DNA from: Armatimonadota bacterium
GTDB lineage: Bacteria; Armatimonadota; UBA5829; DTJY01
Assembly (NCBI GenBank): GCA_033808695.1
Contig: JAPXND010000002.1
Location: forward strand, 1 to 49,055
Direction: 5' to 3'
Length of the DNA: 49,055 nt
Shown: one piece after another, positions 37,376 through 46,368 of the stretch
How the letters are laid out: the number at the start of each line of letters is the position of its first letter
How positions within the stretch are numbered: position 1 is the first letter of the stretch
The notes under the pieces: generated by a model
Seen by the model: the letters and a program-made list of their open reading frames with translations, nothing else
The model's database searches: none
Told to the model about the DNA's origin: nothing
Translations under genes and position numbers: made by a program

Positions 37376-37927
37376 CTAAAACTGCACTCTTACCGGTTCT
37401 CTGGCTGCATCTTCCATCGGGAAATATTCCCTTGGAGTAAATCCAAAGGAGCTTGCAATTATGTTGGATGGAAATGTTTGCAGCATTGTATTAAACTGCA
37501 TAACTGTATCGTTGTAAAATTGGCGTGCATAAGCTATTTTACTTTCTGTACCGGATAATTCTTCCTGCAGCATCATAAAATTTTCATTAGCTTTAAGATC
37601 AGGATAGGCTTCTGCAACAGCAAACAGGCTTTTAAGAGCCTCGCTAATCATATTCTGTGCAGCTCCCTGCTCTGCCATAGTTTTTGCAGAAGTCATGGAG
37701 GCTCTCGCCTTAGTAACCTCTTCAAACACTCCTTTTTCATGAGCTGCATATCCTTTTACAACTTCAAGTAAATTTGGAATTAAGTCATATCTTCGTCTTA
37801 ACTGAACATCAATCTGCGACCATGCATTGTCAATTCTATTTCGTAATACAACAAGCTTGTTATAAATTGCAACTATGCTTATAACAATCAAAACAACCAG
37901 TATTACAATTCCTAAAGATATCCACAT
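37376..37927 (-). CDS. lemA: LemA family protein
   Basis: N-terminal TM helix, then [41 protein letters not shown]...F. The longest ORF begins at TTG 37939, but that TTG lies inside the SD (GGAGGA at 37932-37937) of the ATG at 37927. Confidence 0.88.
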   Translation of the reverse strand: MWISLGIVILVVLIVISIVAIYNKLVVLRNRIDNAWSQIDVQLRRRYDLIPNLLEVVKGYAAHEKGVFEEVTKARASMTSAKTMAEQGAAQNMISEALKSLFAVAEAYPDLKANENFMMLQEELSGTESKIAYARQFYNDTVMQFNTMLQTFPSNIIASSFGFTPREYFPMEDAAREPVRVQF

Positions 37928-38030
37928 AGCATCCTCCAATATTGTTTATTAGATATATTATACTGATATTTCAAAACGCTTCTATCAATTATGACAGTAT
38001 AATATTAAAAAAAGTTGCATTTTTGTTGCA

Positions 38031-38618
38031 TTATAATTTTTTTATTATATCAACAGCCAATCTGAGAGCTATTCCTCTATGGCTGACAGCATTCTTTTCA
38101 GATGATGTTAACTGCGCCATTGTTCGATTTAGATTTGGAATATAAAATATTGGATCGTATCCGAATCCATTATCACCAATAGGTTCGTGTGTAATAATAC
38201 CATTACAGACACCTTCGGTTAGGCTGATGCTGCCATTCATATCAATTATACAGATGACGGATTTGAATCTGGCAGTTCGCTTTTCGTCAGGAACATTTTT
38301 CATAATATTCAAAATCAATTCGCATTTTTCAGCATCGGCAGCATTTTCACCCGCAAATCGACTGGAATGCACACCAGGTCTGCCATCAAGAGCATCTATT
38401 TCTAATCCGGAATCATCAGCCATAACAGCGCACTTAGTGTAATTGTATACTGCCTGTGCTTTAATCTGCGCATTTTCTGCAAATGTTTCGCCATTTTCTT
38501 CAATCTCTATTATCGATGGATAATCAAACAGTGATAATACCTCTATTGGCAAATCTGCAAGGAGTTCTTTTATCTCCGATATTTTCCCTTTATTCCGACT
38601 GGCTATTACTAAATTCAT
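38031..38618 (-). CDS. rdgB: dITP/XTP pyrophosphatase (RdgB/HAM1 family)
   Basis: 195 aa. [53 protein letters not shown] overlap with rph. Confidence 0.92.
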   Translation of the reverse strand: MNLVIASRNKGKISEIKELLADLPIEVLSLFDYPSIIEIEENGETFAENAQIKAQAVYNYTKCAVMADDSGLEIDALDGRPGVHSSRFAGENAADAEKCELILNIMKNVPDEKRTARFKSVICIIDMNGSISLTEGVCNGIITHEPIGDNGFGYDPIFYIPNLNRTMAQLTSSEKNAVSHRGIALRLAVDIIKKL

Positions 38619-39340
38619 AGAATGCCTTCCAGTACGACTTTTTGAATCTCAAACAGCTCATTAATTCCTTTTTGCGCCAAATCAAGCATTTTGTTCATTC
38701 GCTCTCTGCTAAATGGTTCACCTTCTGCAGTTCCCTGTATTTCTACAAATTTCCCTCTGCCTGTCATTACAACATTCATATCAACTTCAGCTGCAGAGTC
38801 TTCAGAGTATTTAAGATCAAGCAAGTCTTCCCCATTAAGGATACCTACACTTATTGCAGCAAGCATATCAAGAACAGGATCTTTCTTAACCATATTCTGT
38901 TTTATCATATAATTGGTCGCCTCGACTAAAGCAACATATGCACCTGTCATGGAAGCAGTGCGAGTTCCGCCATCAGCTTGAATAACATCGCAATCAAGCC
39001 AAATAGTCCTTTCACCAATGCATTTCAAATCCATTACCGATCTAAGCGAACGTCCAATAAGACGCTGGATTTCCATTGTGCGTCCGCCTAATTGACCTTT
39101 TGATGCTTCTCGTATTACTCTTGTTTTGCATGACCTTGGAAGCATTCCATATTCCGCAGTTACCCATCCTGTGCCGGTGTTTTTTAGAAATGGCGGTACT
39201 TTTTCTTCAATTGAAGCTGTGCATACAACTTTTGTATCGCCCATCTCTATTAAGCACGAACCTTCTGCATATTTCATATACCCACGTGTAACTTTCACTG
39301 GGCGAAGTTGATTGTTTGCTCTTCCATCTTCTCTAACCAT
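38615..39340 (-). CDS. rph: Ribonuclease PH
   Basis: [74 protein letters not shown]. The ATG at 39340 (GAGGGA 6 nt upstream) fits the family N-terminus better than the ORF-track start at 39367. It overlaps the murI 3' end by about 46 nt. Confidence 0.94.
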   Translation of the reverse strand: MVREDGRANNQLRPVKVTRGYMKYAEGSCLIEMGDTKVVCTASIEEKVPPFLKNTGTGWVTAEYGMLPRSCKTRVIREASKGQLGGRTMEIQRLIGRSLRSVMDLKCIGERTIWLDCDVIQADGGTRTASMTGAYVALVEATNYMIKQNMVKKDPVLDMLAAISVGILNGEDLLDLKYSEDSAAEVDMNVVMTGRGKFVEIQGTAEGEPFSRERMNKMLDLAQKGINELFEIQKVVLEGIL

Positions 39341-40176
39341 AGATTTTCCCTCAGATCTATTCCCCATGATATTTGTTTGGCCGACAGCCTGCTGTTCATA
39401 AACCTGCTTCCAATAAGATTAAATGATTCAGTGGATGCAGTAGAGTAGTATTTATAATATGGTGCATTATTTGGGGAATTCAATAATTTGGCATGACCAA
39501 GTGCGTCTCTTATTTGATTGACAGTATACTCTGCAGGATCAATTATTTCTGTGTTGTTCTGCGCAGCTGCTTTTATAGGATTTATTAGATATGGATAGTG
39601 CGTGCAGCCAAGTATTATTGAAGTACATCCTTCATTAATTAATGGTTGAACATATTCATGTGCAGCTTCGTATGCTTCTGTTGAATCGCACATATCAGAC
39701 TCCACAAGTGGAACAAACTTTGGACACGCTTGTTCTATGACCAACAATTGGTTGTTCATAGACTTGATAGTTTTGGTATAAGCTTTAGTTAGAACAGTAC
39801 CGTTTGTTGCTAAAACACCAATTCTTTCATGGCGTGAATCAACAGCTTTCCGCGCACCTGCTTCAATAGTTCCAAGCATAGGTATTGCATCGTACACAGA
39901 TTTTGCGGTATCAAGCGCATTGGCAGATGACATATTGCAAGCCATTACCACAAGCTTTACACCACTTTTCATAAAAAAATCTATTATACCTAATGCAAAA
40001 TCTATTATTTCATCGGGTGATTTTTCCCCGTATGGAACGTGTGCTTCATCCCCAATGTATATTATATTTTCATAAGGAAGTTTCTTTGTAATGGTTTTTA
40101 CTACAGTTAATCCGCCAAGCCCGGAGTCAAATACGCCAATAGGAGCATCAGCTGTCAATTTTTGCATAATCTTCAA
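39295..40176 (-). CDS. murI: Glutamate racemase
   Basis: 293 aa. [23 protein letters not shown] (first catalytic Cys), ILGCTHYP (second Cys). TTG start 6 nt after GGTGAG. Confidence 0.93.
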   Translation of the reverse strand: MKIMQKLTADAPIGVFDSGLGGLTVVKTITKKLPYENIIYIGDEAHVPYGEKSPDEIIDFALGIIDFFMKSGVKLVVMACNMSSANALDTAKSVYDAIPMLGTIEAGARKAVDSRHERIGVLATNGTVLTKAYTKTIKSMNNQLLVIEQACPKFVPLVESDMCDSTEAYEAAHEYVQPLINEGCTSIILGCTHYPYLINPIKAAAQNNTEIIDPAEYTVNQIRDALGHAKLLNSPNNAPYYKYYSTASTESFNLIGSRFMNSRLSAKQISWGIDLRENLWLEKMEEQTINFAQ

Positions 40177-40746
40177 TTAAAGCTCACCCACTATAATAGG
40201 CTCAGCAATCTCTAAATGACCAAATGTTGTAACAGGATTTCCGTCTGCCAGAATTTTAACACGCTTTATGTCTCCAAATTGGGAAGCAGTTTTAACAATA
40301 GATTCAAGAAGAAGCTGCTCATCCTTAACACCTCCCGAAAATCCATCAACAACAGAGGCATTGAAATTTATAACGGCAAGGTCTTCACTGATGCTAACAC
40401 CTATCAGCTCTGTTCCTTCAGGTAAAGGATTTGTAATATCCTTTGTGCTGTCAAATTCTATAAGAGCTTGAATTGCATTTTCAATAGAATTGCCATCCGC
40501 AGGAATATCAATTTCAACAGGCTCTAATATGGGTTCATCACCTTTATATTCAATCAAGTATATTTTGGCGATTTTGCTAATGTTTTCAGTTGTTGGTTTT
40601 TTAACAACCGGTCTTTCAATCTTTTTAGGTCCTTTTGAAACCTCATTTGGCGCACTGTATTGATACCCAGCAGTATACTTATATGTGAATATAATTGCTG
40701 CAGCGATAATAATAACAAATATAGCTATTATTCTTTTGTTATTCAT
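40177..40746 (-). CDS. GerMN domain-containing membrane-anchored protein
   Basis: 189 aa. N-terminal anchor IIAIFVIIIAAAIIF. GerMN-like segment NPLPEGTELIGVSISEDLAVINFNASV...LLLESIVKTASQF. Its position next to murI mirrors gerM-racE in Bacillus. Confidence 0.7.
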   Translation of the reverse strand: MNNKRIIAIFVIIIAAAIIFTYKYTAGYQYSAPNEVSKGPKKIERPVVKKPTTENISKIAKIYLIEYKGDEPILEPVEIDIPADGNSIENAIQALIEFDSTKDITNPLPEGTELIGVSISEDLAVINFNASVVDGFSGGVKDEQLLLESIVKTASQFGDIKRVKILADGNPVTTFGHLEIAEPIIVGEL

Positions 40747-42638
40747 TTGACATTTCCTCCTGGTTTAAGAGGAGTTGACACGCTCATTTTTTTGTCATTG
40801 CTGACGTCTGCCAATGCGGTCGAACCAGCTTTGCTGCGATTAGTCTTATTATTTGATGCATTTGTTTTTACTTTTTTGTTTGTATTGCTGGTATCTGCAG
40901 ATGAACTACCTTCAATATAATTCTTAAGACCGCGAACAATGGCTTCTGCTATTTTTCGCTGGTATTGAGGGTCGCATAACAGACCGCATTCACCAGGATG
41001 GTCTATAAATCCGGTTTCAATAAGTATTGCGGGTATATTATACTTTTCGGATGAATTTCTTAAAACAGACAACCCGGATGAATATAAGCTTTTGTCGGAT
41101 TTCACCTTTCTATCCACTGCACCTGTAACTTTGATTATCTCTGGATGAATACTATAAGCAAGCGCCATTCCATTTGGGTCACCGCCATGATAGTAAGTTT
41201 CAACCCCTGATACTTTTTTAGATGATGATACGGCATTGCAATGTATGCTAATAAAGAAATCCGCTGAATTTCTCGCAGCAATATCTACACGCTTACGCAA
41301 ATCGGCTGATAAGTCTTTATCAAGCTCTACATCACCATTGCGAGTTAAGAAGGCGCATACACCCTGATTGCTAAGTATAGATTGAACACGCAGTGCTATA
41401 GAGTAGGTTATTTCTTTCTCTCTTACTCCATTTGAGCCTTTTGCACCAACTTTTGTTGGACCGCCGTGTCCTGGATCAATAAATACAATTTTATCTGATA
41501 TTGATCCTCCTGCGCCTTTAGGTAATTCCAGAGTTACATTCAAAATATTAGAACGTGTATTTTGAATAGCTGTATAGCTTACAATTCTTTTTAAATCTAA
41601 AATTATTTGAACATTGTTATTATACTGTTGAGCAGCGCTTAGGGATTTTAGAATATTATTATTAGCTATACTATTGTTTACTTCACGCTCTATAACAGCA
41701 TTGCTGATATTTACCGTTATGCGATCTGGATTTCTTGACATCGATGAACTGTATTCCAAGTTTGAATTTGATTTTATCTCAACCCTTATCTTGCCATATC
41801 CTTCATTAATAACATTCACGTCATTGATGGCAGCCGGCGGTAATGAGGGAAGTTCCAATATATCTGCCGCATTTTCAATTGTATTTGGAACATCGGCTGA
41901 AGGAGTGTTTGATGTATCTGTTGTTTGTATTTGGGGTGAAGCATCTGCCTTTGATGTGTATTTCAACCCGGATATTGATGCAGCTATGATTGATGATGTG
42001 GATGCACTTATGGTTTTGAAACTAATTTTAGACGGCATATCTAAAACTATACGCGAATTATTGCCGTCTTTGCCAAAACGTATATTGACTCCCGAAGTAT
42101 TATTTATGGTAAGATTCGATGATTTTTCTGGAAAAACCGCTCCATTAATATCAACAATCAATCTATTCTTTGCTTTCCAAAAGTCAATTTTGTATGTTAC
42201 AGGATAGGATGTTGTAACTTTGAGCTCTGAGCTGTCAAGATCAATTCTTTGTATAATTGCCAATACATTTATGGAATTTGCATTTACATCTTGATTGATT
42301 ATAAAACCAGCTTCGTAGGCAATATCTGATATCGGAAACATTAATTCATTGTTAAAATACTGTCCGTTACAGGTGAATTTACGTCCATCATTCATAATGA
42401 TGTTAAGAATTTGATCATCTCCGCTTCTACTGCCGGATTTCAGGCATATAGCTCCGAGATGTTTTGCAGTGTCAGTTGGAATATAAACAGTTTGATTGCT
42501 TATTACAGGTGAGGCTGTGTGAATAGTTTTACCGCCAATTATGAGTCTCAAGCTTTCGGCTGCAGCAGGATTTGCACCCACTGCAGCTATAATAACAAGT
42601 AATAAAGCTATAAAAACAAATTTCTTTGGTAATAACAA
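40743..42638 (-). CDS. N-acetylmuramoyl-L-alanine amidase (Amidase_3/AmiC type) with copper-amine-oxidase-like stalk and AMIN domains
   Basis: 631 aa. Signal peptide. N-terminal IIGGKTIHTASPVISNQTVYIPTD. AMIN-like LKVTTSYPVTYKIDFWKAKNRLIVDINGAVF. Catalytic domain IDPGHGG...GVREKE...FISIHCNA...ILIETGFIDHP. TTG start with GGAGAGGG SD. Confidence 0.88.
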   Translation of the reverse strand: MLLPKKFVFIALLLVIIAAVGANPAAAESLRLIIGGKTIHTASPVISNQTVYIPTDTAKHLGAICLKSGSRSGDDQILNIIMNDGRKFTCNGQYFNNELMFPISDIAYEAGFIINQDVNANSINVLAIIQRIDLDSSELKVTTSYPVTYKIDFWKAKNRLIVDINGAVFPEKSSNLTINNTSGVNIRFGKDGNNSRIVLDMPSKISFKTISASTSSIIAASISGLKYTSKADASPQIQTTDTSNTPSADVPNTIENAADILELPSLPPAAINDVNVINEGYGKIRVEIKSNSNLEYSSSMSRNPDRITVNISNAVIEREVNNSIANNNILKSLSAAQQYNNNVQIILDLKRIVSYTAIQNTRSNILNVTLELPKGAGGSISDKIVFIDPGHGGPTKVGAKGSNGVREKEITYSIALRVQSILSNQGVCAFLTRNGDVELDKDLSADLRKRVDIAARNSADFFISIHCNAVSSSKKVSGVETYYHGGDPNGMALAYSIHPEIIKVTGAVDRKVKSDKSLYSSGLSVLRNSSEKYNIPAILIETGFIDHPGECGLLCDPQYQRKIAEAIVRGLKNYIEGSSSADTSNTNKKVKTNASNNKTNRSKAGSTALADVSNDKKMSVSTPLKPGGNVK

Positions 42639-42752
42639 AGCCCTCTCCTGCAGTAAAACTGATCAAGGGCGTCATCGCCTATTGGCGTGTGACAGCACTA
42701 TTTACACAAATTTATATGCCAATTATTGTTTTATTATAGCATACTATTGCAG

Positions 42753-42782
42753 ATTATACCATTTGGATTAAGCTTTTGTAAA
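42753..42782 (-). promoter_or_regulatory. Candidate promoter of the amidase-gerM-murI-rph-rdgB operon
   Basis: Minus strand: TTTACA (42777-42782), 18 nt, TGg-TATAAT (hexamer 42753-42758). Confidence 0.35.
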
Positions 42783-42796
42783 ACAACAGTATGTTA

Positions 42797-43240
42797 TTAT
42801 ATTGCAAGGCTGCTTTTTGCCTCTATTAGTTCTACATCAAATATCAGATCCTTGCCGGCAAGAGGATGATTGGCATCAAGCTTTATTTTTTCATCATCTG
42901 CTTCAGTAACAACAACTATCATTGCATTTCCATCTGGCTGTGACATTTGCAGCTTATCTCCAACACTAGGATTCAAATCTGGCGGTAAATCGATTCGGTT
43001 TACCACAATAACTGCTTCATCATAATGCGGTCCATATGCATTTTCGCATGGAATCTCAATGGTTTTCTTTTCACCTACCTCCATGCCAAGTATGCCTGCA
43101 TCAAATCCGGGTATAACCTGCCCCGAACCAAGAGTAAATTCAAGCGGCTGTCTTCCTTGCGAACTATCAAAAACAGTTCCGTCTTTTAATCTTCCGGTAT
43201 ATGCTACTTTTACAATATTTCCTTCTGACGCTTTTGCCAT
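42797..43240 (-). CDS. slyD: FKBP-type peptidyl-prolyl cis-trans isomerase (SlyD-like, with insert-in-flap domain, no His-rich tail)
   Basis: 147 aa. VKVAYTGRLKDGTVFDSS...PLEFTLGSGQVIPGFDAGILGMEVGEKK...HPLAGKDLIFDVELIE. SD AAAGGAG. Confidence 0.88.
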   Translation of the reverse strand: MAKASEGNIVKVAYTGRLKDGTVFDSSQGRQPLEFTLGSGQVIPGFDAGILGMEVGEKKTIEIPCENAYGPHYDEAVIVVNRIDLPPDLNPSVGDKLQMSQPDGNAMIVVVTEADDEKIKLDANHPLAGKDLIFDVELIEAKSSLAI

Positions 43241-43360
43241 ATTTACAGCTCCTTTTAGTAATTATCTCAAATCCAGATAGAATGCCTGCCGGCAGTTAAA
43301 CTGATGTGAATGAAATATGCTGAATATCAACCTGTTTATTATACATTAAAAAACTACATA

Positions 43361-43389
43361 TTGGAAAAATTATCTCTTTCTGATATACT
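43361..43389 (+). promoter_or_regulatory. Candidate promoter of the plus-strand gene pair
   Basis: TTGGAA (43361-43366), 17 nt, TGa-TATACT (hexamer 43384-43389). It lies inside the N-terminal extension of the longest ORF, which supports the downstream start at 43409. Confidence 0.35.
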
Positions 43390-43408
43390 TCCATTAGGTG
43401 ATGAGATA

Positions 43409-44251
43409 ATGAACAAGCAATTTTCAACGTTTGGTCAGGAATTATACCAAGCTGACAGCATAATTGCAATAGAGCGATTCCATTATATTAAAAACAATGA
43501 TGAATTACTTGAGGCAATAATAGGAATACTGCCTCATCGTTCTATAAAAACAAGAACAAGAGTTGCTGAAAAATTCATTCAGCGTTTTTTTAATTTCAAC
43601 GATCTATCTGATGCATCGTTTCTCAAAATGGTGCGGTCATCAGAATCAATTCAAGATAAGATAGATCTTATTTATTGGCGAACGGCAAGAACCGATAAGA
43701 TAATTGCTGCAATAGCAAATGAGATATTTTACTCATACTTCATAAACAACTCTATTCCTGGCGGTTATTCTCAACAACAGTTTGACATGAAGAATACATA
43801 TACCCTGTTTAGCTTGGATAAGGTTATAACTGCCGATTTTGTTGTTGAATATGCCCTTTCAAACTGGAATTTTTCCAGTAAGAAAAGTATTTTACTGGCG
43901 CTGCGAATAATGAGACAAGCAAATATGATTAATTCACTTCCTATAATCACAGGATTCAGGAAGAATTTGGGTTATTATACAATTCAGCATTATATAAACC
44001 CTAAAATATTTGCATTCTGCCTATATGAAGAATTCAGCGCTAACCCGCACAGAAAAATAATATCAATGGATCAGATTCAGGAATCTGACAGCGTGAAGGT
44101 GTTTTTTATCAGCAGATTACAGCTTGAAAATATTATAAAATCGCTGCAAAAAGACCGCATCATCAAGCTAACCAATCTCCATGCTGTAAGGTATATTGAA
44201 TTCATCCATAAGGATGCATCTTCTTTAACTTCTCACCTAATAAAAACCTGA
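43409..44251 (+). CDS. Hypothetical cytoplasmic alpha-helical protein (no family confidently recognised)
   Basis: The ORF track gives 43310-44251 (313 aa), and the ATG at 43310 has no SD. The ATG at 43409 is preceded by AGGTGA (43396-43401). No signal peptide or TM segment. The C-terminal segment (ISRLQLENIIKSLQKDRIIKLTN) looks winged-helix-like. Confidence 0.5.
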   Translation: MNKQFSTFGQELYQADSIIAIERFHYIKNNDELLEAIIGILPHRSIKTRTRVAEKFIQRFFNFNDLSDASFLKMVRSSESIQDKIDLIYWRTARTDKIIAAIANEIFYSYFINNSIPGGYSQQQFDMKNTYTLFSLDKVITADFVVEYALSNWNFSSKKSILLALRIMRQANMINSLPIITGFRKNLGYYTIQHYINPKIFAFCLYEEFSANPHRKIISMDQIQESDSVKVFFISRLQLENIIKSLQKDRIIKLTNLHAVRYIEFIHKDASSLTSHLIKT

Positions 44252-44264
44252 GAAAGGAATTGCT

Positions 44265-45071
44265 ATGCCTCTTATAATCAACAAAAATGTAGTAAATATG
44301 TATTCTGAGCCTTCTATCGATTCCGAATTAACCACTCAAGGAGTTATGGGAGAAGAAGTGCATATTGAAAAGAAAACTGATGAATGGGCATATGTGAGAA
44401 CCTGCGACGGTTATGGTGCATGGATGCTTGAACGATACATATCAGCATGCTCTGGGGATGATGCAGACATGTTAATAATCGATTCATTGTTTGCCGATGT
44501 TTACAGTCAGCCGGACAGCAACAGCATTCTTATAACAAAACTTGTTGTTGCTTCTCGGGTTGAGATTATGGATAAACATGATGATTTTTATGAAATCAAA
44601 ATGCCTAATGGTGAACATGGGTGGCTACGAAAATCCGATGCAATACATTCTGAATCATTCAACAGCACTTGCACTACAGGGGAAATAATAGCCGCTGCAT
44701 ATCGATTTATTGGGACGCCATATTTATGGGGAGGTTCTACTCCATTTGGAATTGATTGCTCAGGATTTACACAGCTGGTGTATAAAATCAATGGGATAGC
44801 AATTCCACGAGACTCTAAATTGCAATTTGCAGATATGAAGGCTATGAAAATAGATGCAAATCAAATAATTGAAGGAGACCTGCTGTTCTTCGCTGATAAT
44901 TGCAATGCAGATTCGATAAATCATGTTGGAATAGCAATTAACAAAGATAAATTTATCCATTCTGCAGGAAAAGGCGCAGGAGTAATTAAAAGCTCCTTAA
45001 TTGAAAACAATTATCTCATAAGATTAGCAGGCACACGCAGATACTTAACCTCGGATAATATCTACACCTAA
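44265..45071 (+). CDS. NlpC/P60 family peptidase with N-terminal SH3b domains (YkfC-like gamma-D-glutamyl-L-diamino-acid endopeptidase)
   Basis: 268 aa with no signal peptide. SH3b-like WAYVRTCDGYGAWM and FYEIKMPNGEHGWL. Catalytic GTPYLWGGSTPFGIDCSGFTQLVY (Cys) and INHVGIAI (His). Confidence 0.88.
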   Translation: MPLIINKNVVNMYSEPSIDSELTTQGVMGEEVHIEKKTDEWAYVRTCDGYGAWMLERYISACSGDDADMLIIDSLFADVYSQPDSNSILITKLVVASRVEIMDKHDDFYEIKMPNGEHGWLRKSDAIHSESFNSTCTTGEIIAAAYRFIGTPYLWGGSTPFGIDCSGFTQLVYKINGIAIPRDSKLQFADMKAMKIDANQIIEGDLLFFADNCNADSINHVGIAINKDKFIHSAGKGAGVIKSSLIENNYLIRLAGTRRYLTSDNIYT

Positions 45072-45584
45072 TTTAATCGCCTTAATGTTAAGATCAATGA
45101 ATTGATGTCTATGCGGCGGCAATACTTTTGGTAACAAATTAAAGAGTGAATCAAGTTTTACAACTCTTGTAGCTTCTACATAGGCGCCTAACATAATCAT
45201 ATTTGCAGATTTTATATTCCCTATACCTTCTGCCATGGTGTTTGCAGGAATTTTGTAGATCATGCAGTCATCTCTAAGGTTGTCATCATCAATAAGTGAT
45301 GTATTAATGAAAATCCTTCCACCCTTTTTAACGGAGCCTTTTAACTTATTGTATAGCGTATGATGCAAGCCAACAAGTGAATCTGGATGTGTGGAGATTG
45401 GTGATCCAATTGGTGTTTCAGATATTATAACTGTTGAATCGGCTGTTCCTCCTCGTGCCTCTGGTCCATAGGAAGGAAACCATAAAACATGATAATCCTC
45501 CGCAACAGCAGCATGTGCTAAAAGCTGCCCCATAATCATGAGCCCTTGCCCGCCTGAACCCGCCATAATCACTTCTTCATGCAT
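45045..45584 (-). CDS. 2-oxoacid:ferredoxin oxidoreductase, gamma subunit
   Basis: 179 aa. IMAGSGGQGLMIMGQLLA...YGPEARGG. Confidence 0.85.
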   Translation of the reverse strand: MHEEVIMAGSGGQGLMIMGQLLAHAAVAEDYHVLWFPSYGPEARGGTADSTVIISETPIGSPISTHPDSLVGLHHTLYNKLKGSVKKGGRIFINTSLIDDDNLRDDCMIYKIPANTMAEGIGNIKSANMIMLGAYVEATRVVKLDSLFNLLPKVLPPHRHQFIDLNIKAIKLGVDIIRG

Positions 45585-45613
45585 GATTACCCTCCAACTC
45601 CATCTGCAATAAA

Positions 45614-46351
45614 TTACTTAACATGCTTATACTCACCCAAAGGATAATATTTTGCCATAACATCATCAACATACTTCAAACACTGGATTGGGGAAAGCTC
45701 CCATTGCGTTGGACAAGTAGACAATATTTCAACAATAGATAATCCCTTACGGTCAATCTGCATCTGAAAAGCTGTTTTGATAGCTTTTTTTGTGCGTATT
45801 ACATTTGCAGGACTAGTAAGAGATACACGTGCGGCATAAGCTACACCATCAATGCCAGAAAGCAGCTCACACACACGAATTGGATACCCTGAACGTTCAA
45901 TACACCGTCCGCTTGAAGTTGTTGTTGTTTTCTGACCAATTAAGGTTGTTGGCGCCATTTGGCCACCGGTCATTCCATAGGTGGTGTTATTTATAAAAAT
46001 CACAGTAAGATTTTCAGCACGTGCAGCAGCATGAATGATTTCTGCAGTGCCTATTGCAGCAAGGTCACCATCTCCCTGATATGTAAAAACAACCCTGTCT
46101 GGAAGACATCTTTTAACTCCGGTAGCTACTGCCGGTGCGCGTCCATGTGCTGCTTCAATAATATCGCATTCAAAAAAATCATACATAAAAACTGCGCAGC
46201 CAACAGGACAAATACCTACAGTTTTTTCCAACAGTCCCATTTCATCTATAACTTCAGCCAGCAATTTATGCGCTGTTCCATGTGTACAGCCCTGGCAATA
46301 TGACATATTAACATCAGCTAACGCTTTTGGTCTACTGTATACTAATTTCAT
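45614..46351 (-). CDS. 2-oxoacid:ferredoxin oxidoreductase, beta (TPP-binding) subunit
   Basis: YCQGCTHG, GDGDLAAIG, NNTTYGMTGGQ. The ATG at 46351 (MKLVYSRP) is preceded by GGGGAGGA (46355-46362) and lies downstream of the alpha stop. The ORF-track TTG start at 46372 is therefore unlikely. Confidence 0.9.
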   Translation of the reverse strand: MKLVYSRPKALADVNMSYCQGCTHGTAHKLLAEVIDEMGLLEKTVGICPVGCAVFMYDFFECDIIEAAHGRAPAVATGVKRCLPDRVVFTYQGDGDLAAIGTAEIIHAAARAENLTVIFINNTTYGMTGGQMAPTTLIGQKTTTTSSGRCIERSGYPIRVCELLSGIDGVAYAARVSLTSPANVIRTKKAIKTAFQMQIDRKGLSIVEILSTCPTQWELSPIQCLKYVDDVMAKYYPLGEYKHVK

Positions 46352-46368
46352 AAATCCTCCCCTAACTA

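Noticed and set aside
42667-42688. GGCG-tcat-CGCC-tatt-GGCG in the amidase leader, which can form two mutually exclusive hairpins and so looks switch-like.
   Set aside because: The stems are only 4 bp. That is too short to claim a riboswitch or attenuator without covariation data. No c-di-AMP (ydaO) or other known cell-wall riboswitch signature is visible.
43409-44251. Possible BrxA/DUF1819 (BREX accessory) identity for the orphan plus-strand protein.
   Set aside because: The resemblance rests on general helical layout and a few residue patterns recalled from memory. No brxB/C, pglX/Z or other defence genes are nearby. It is left as a hypothetical protein pending a profile search.
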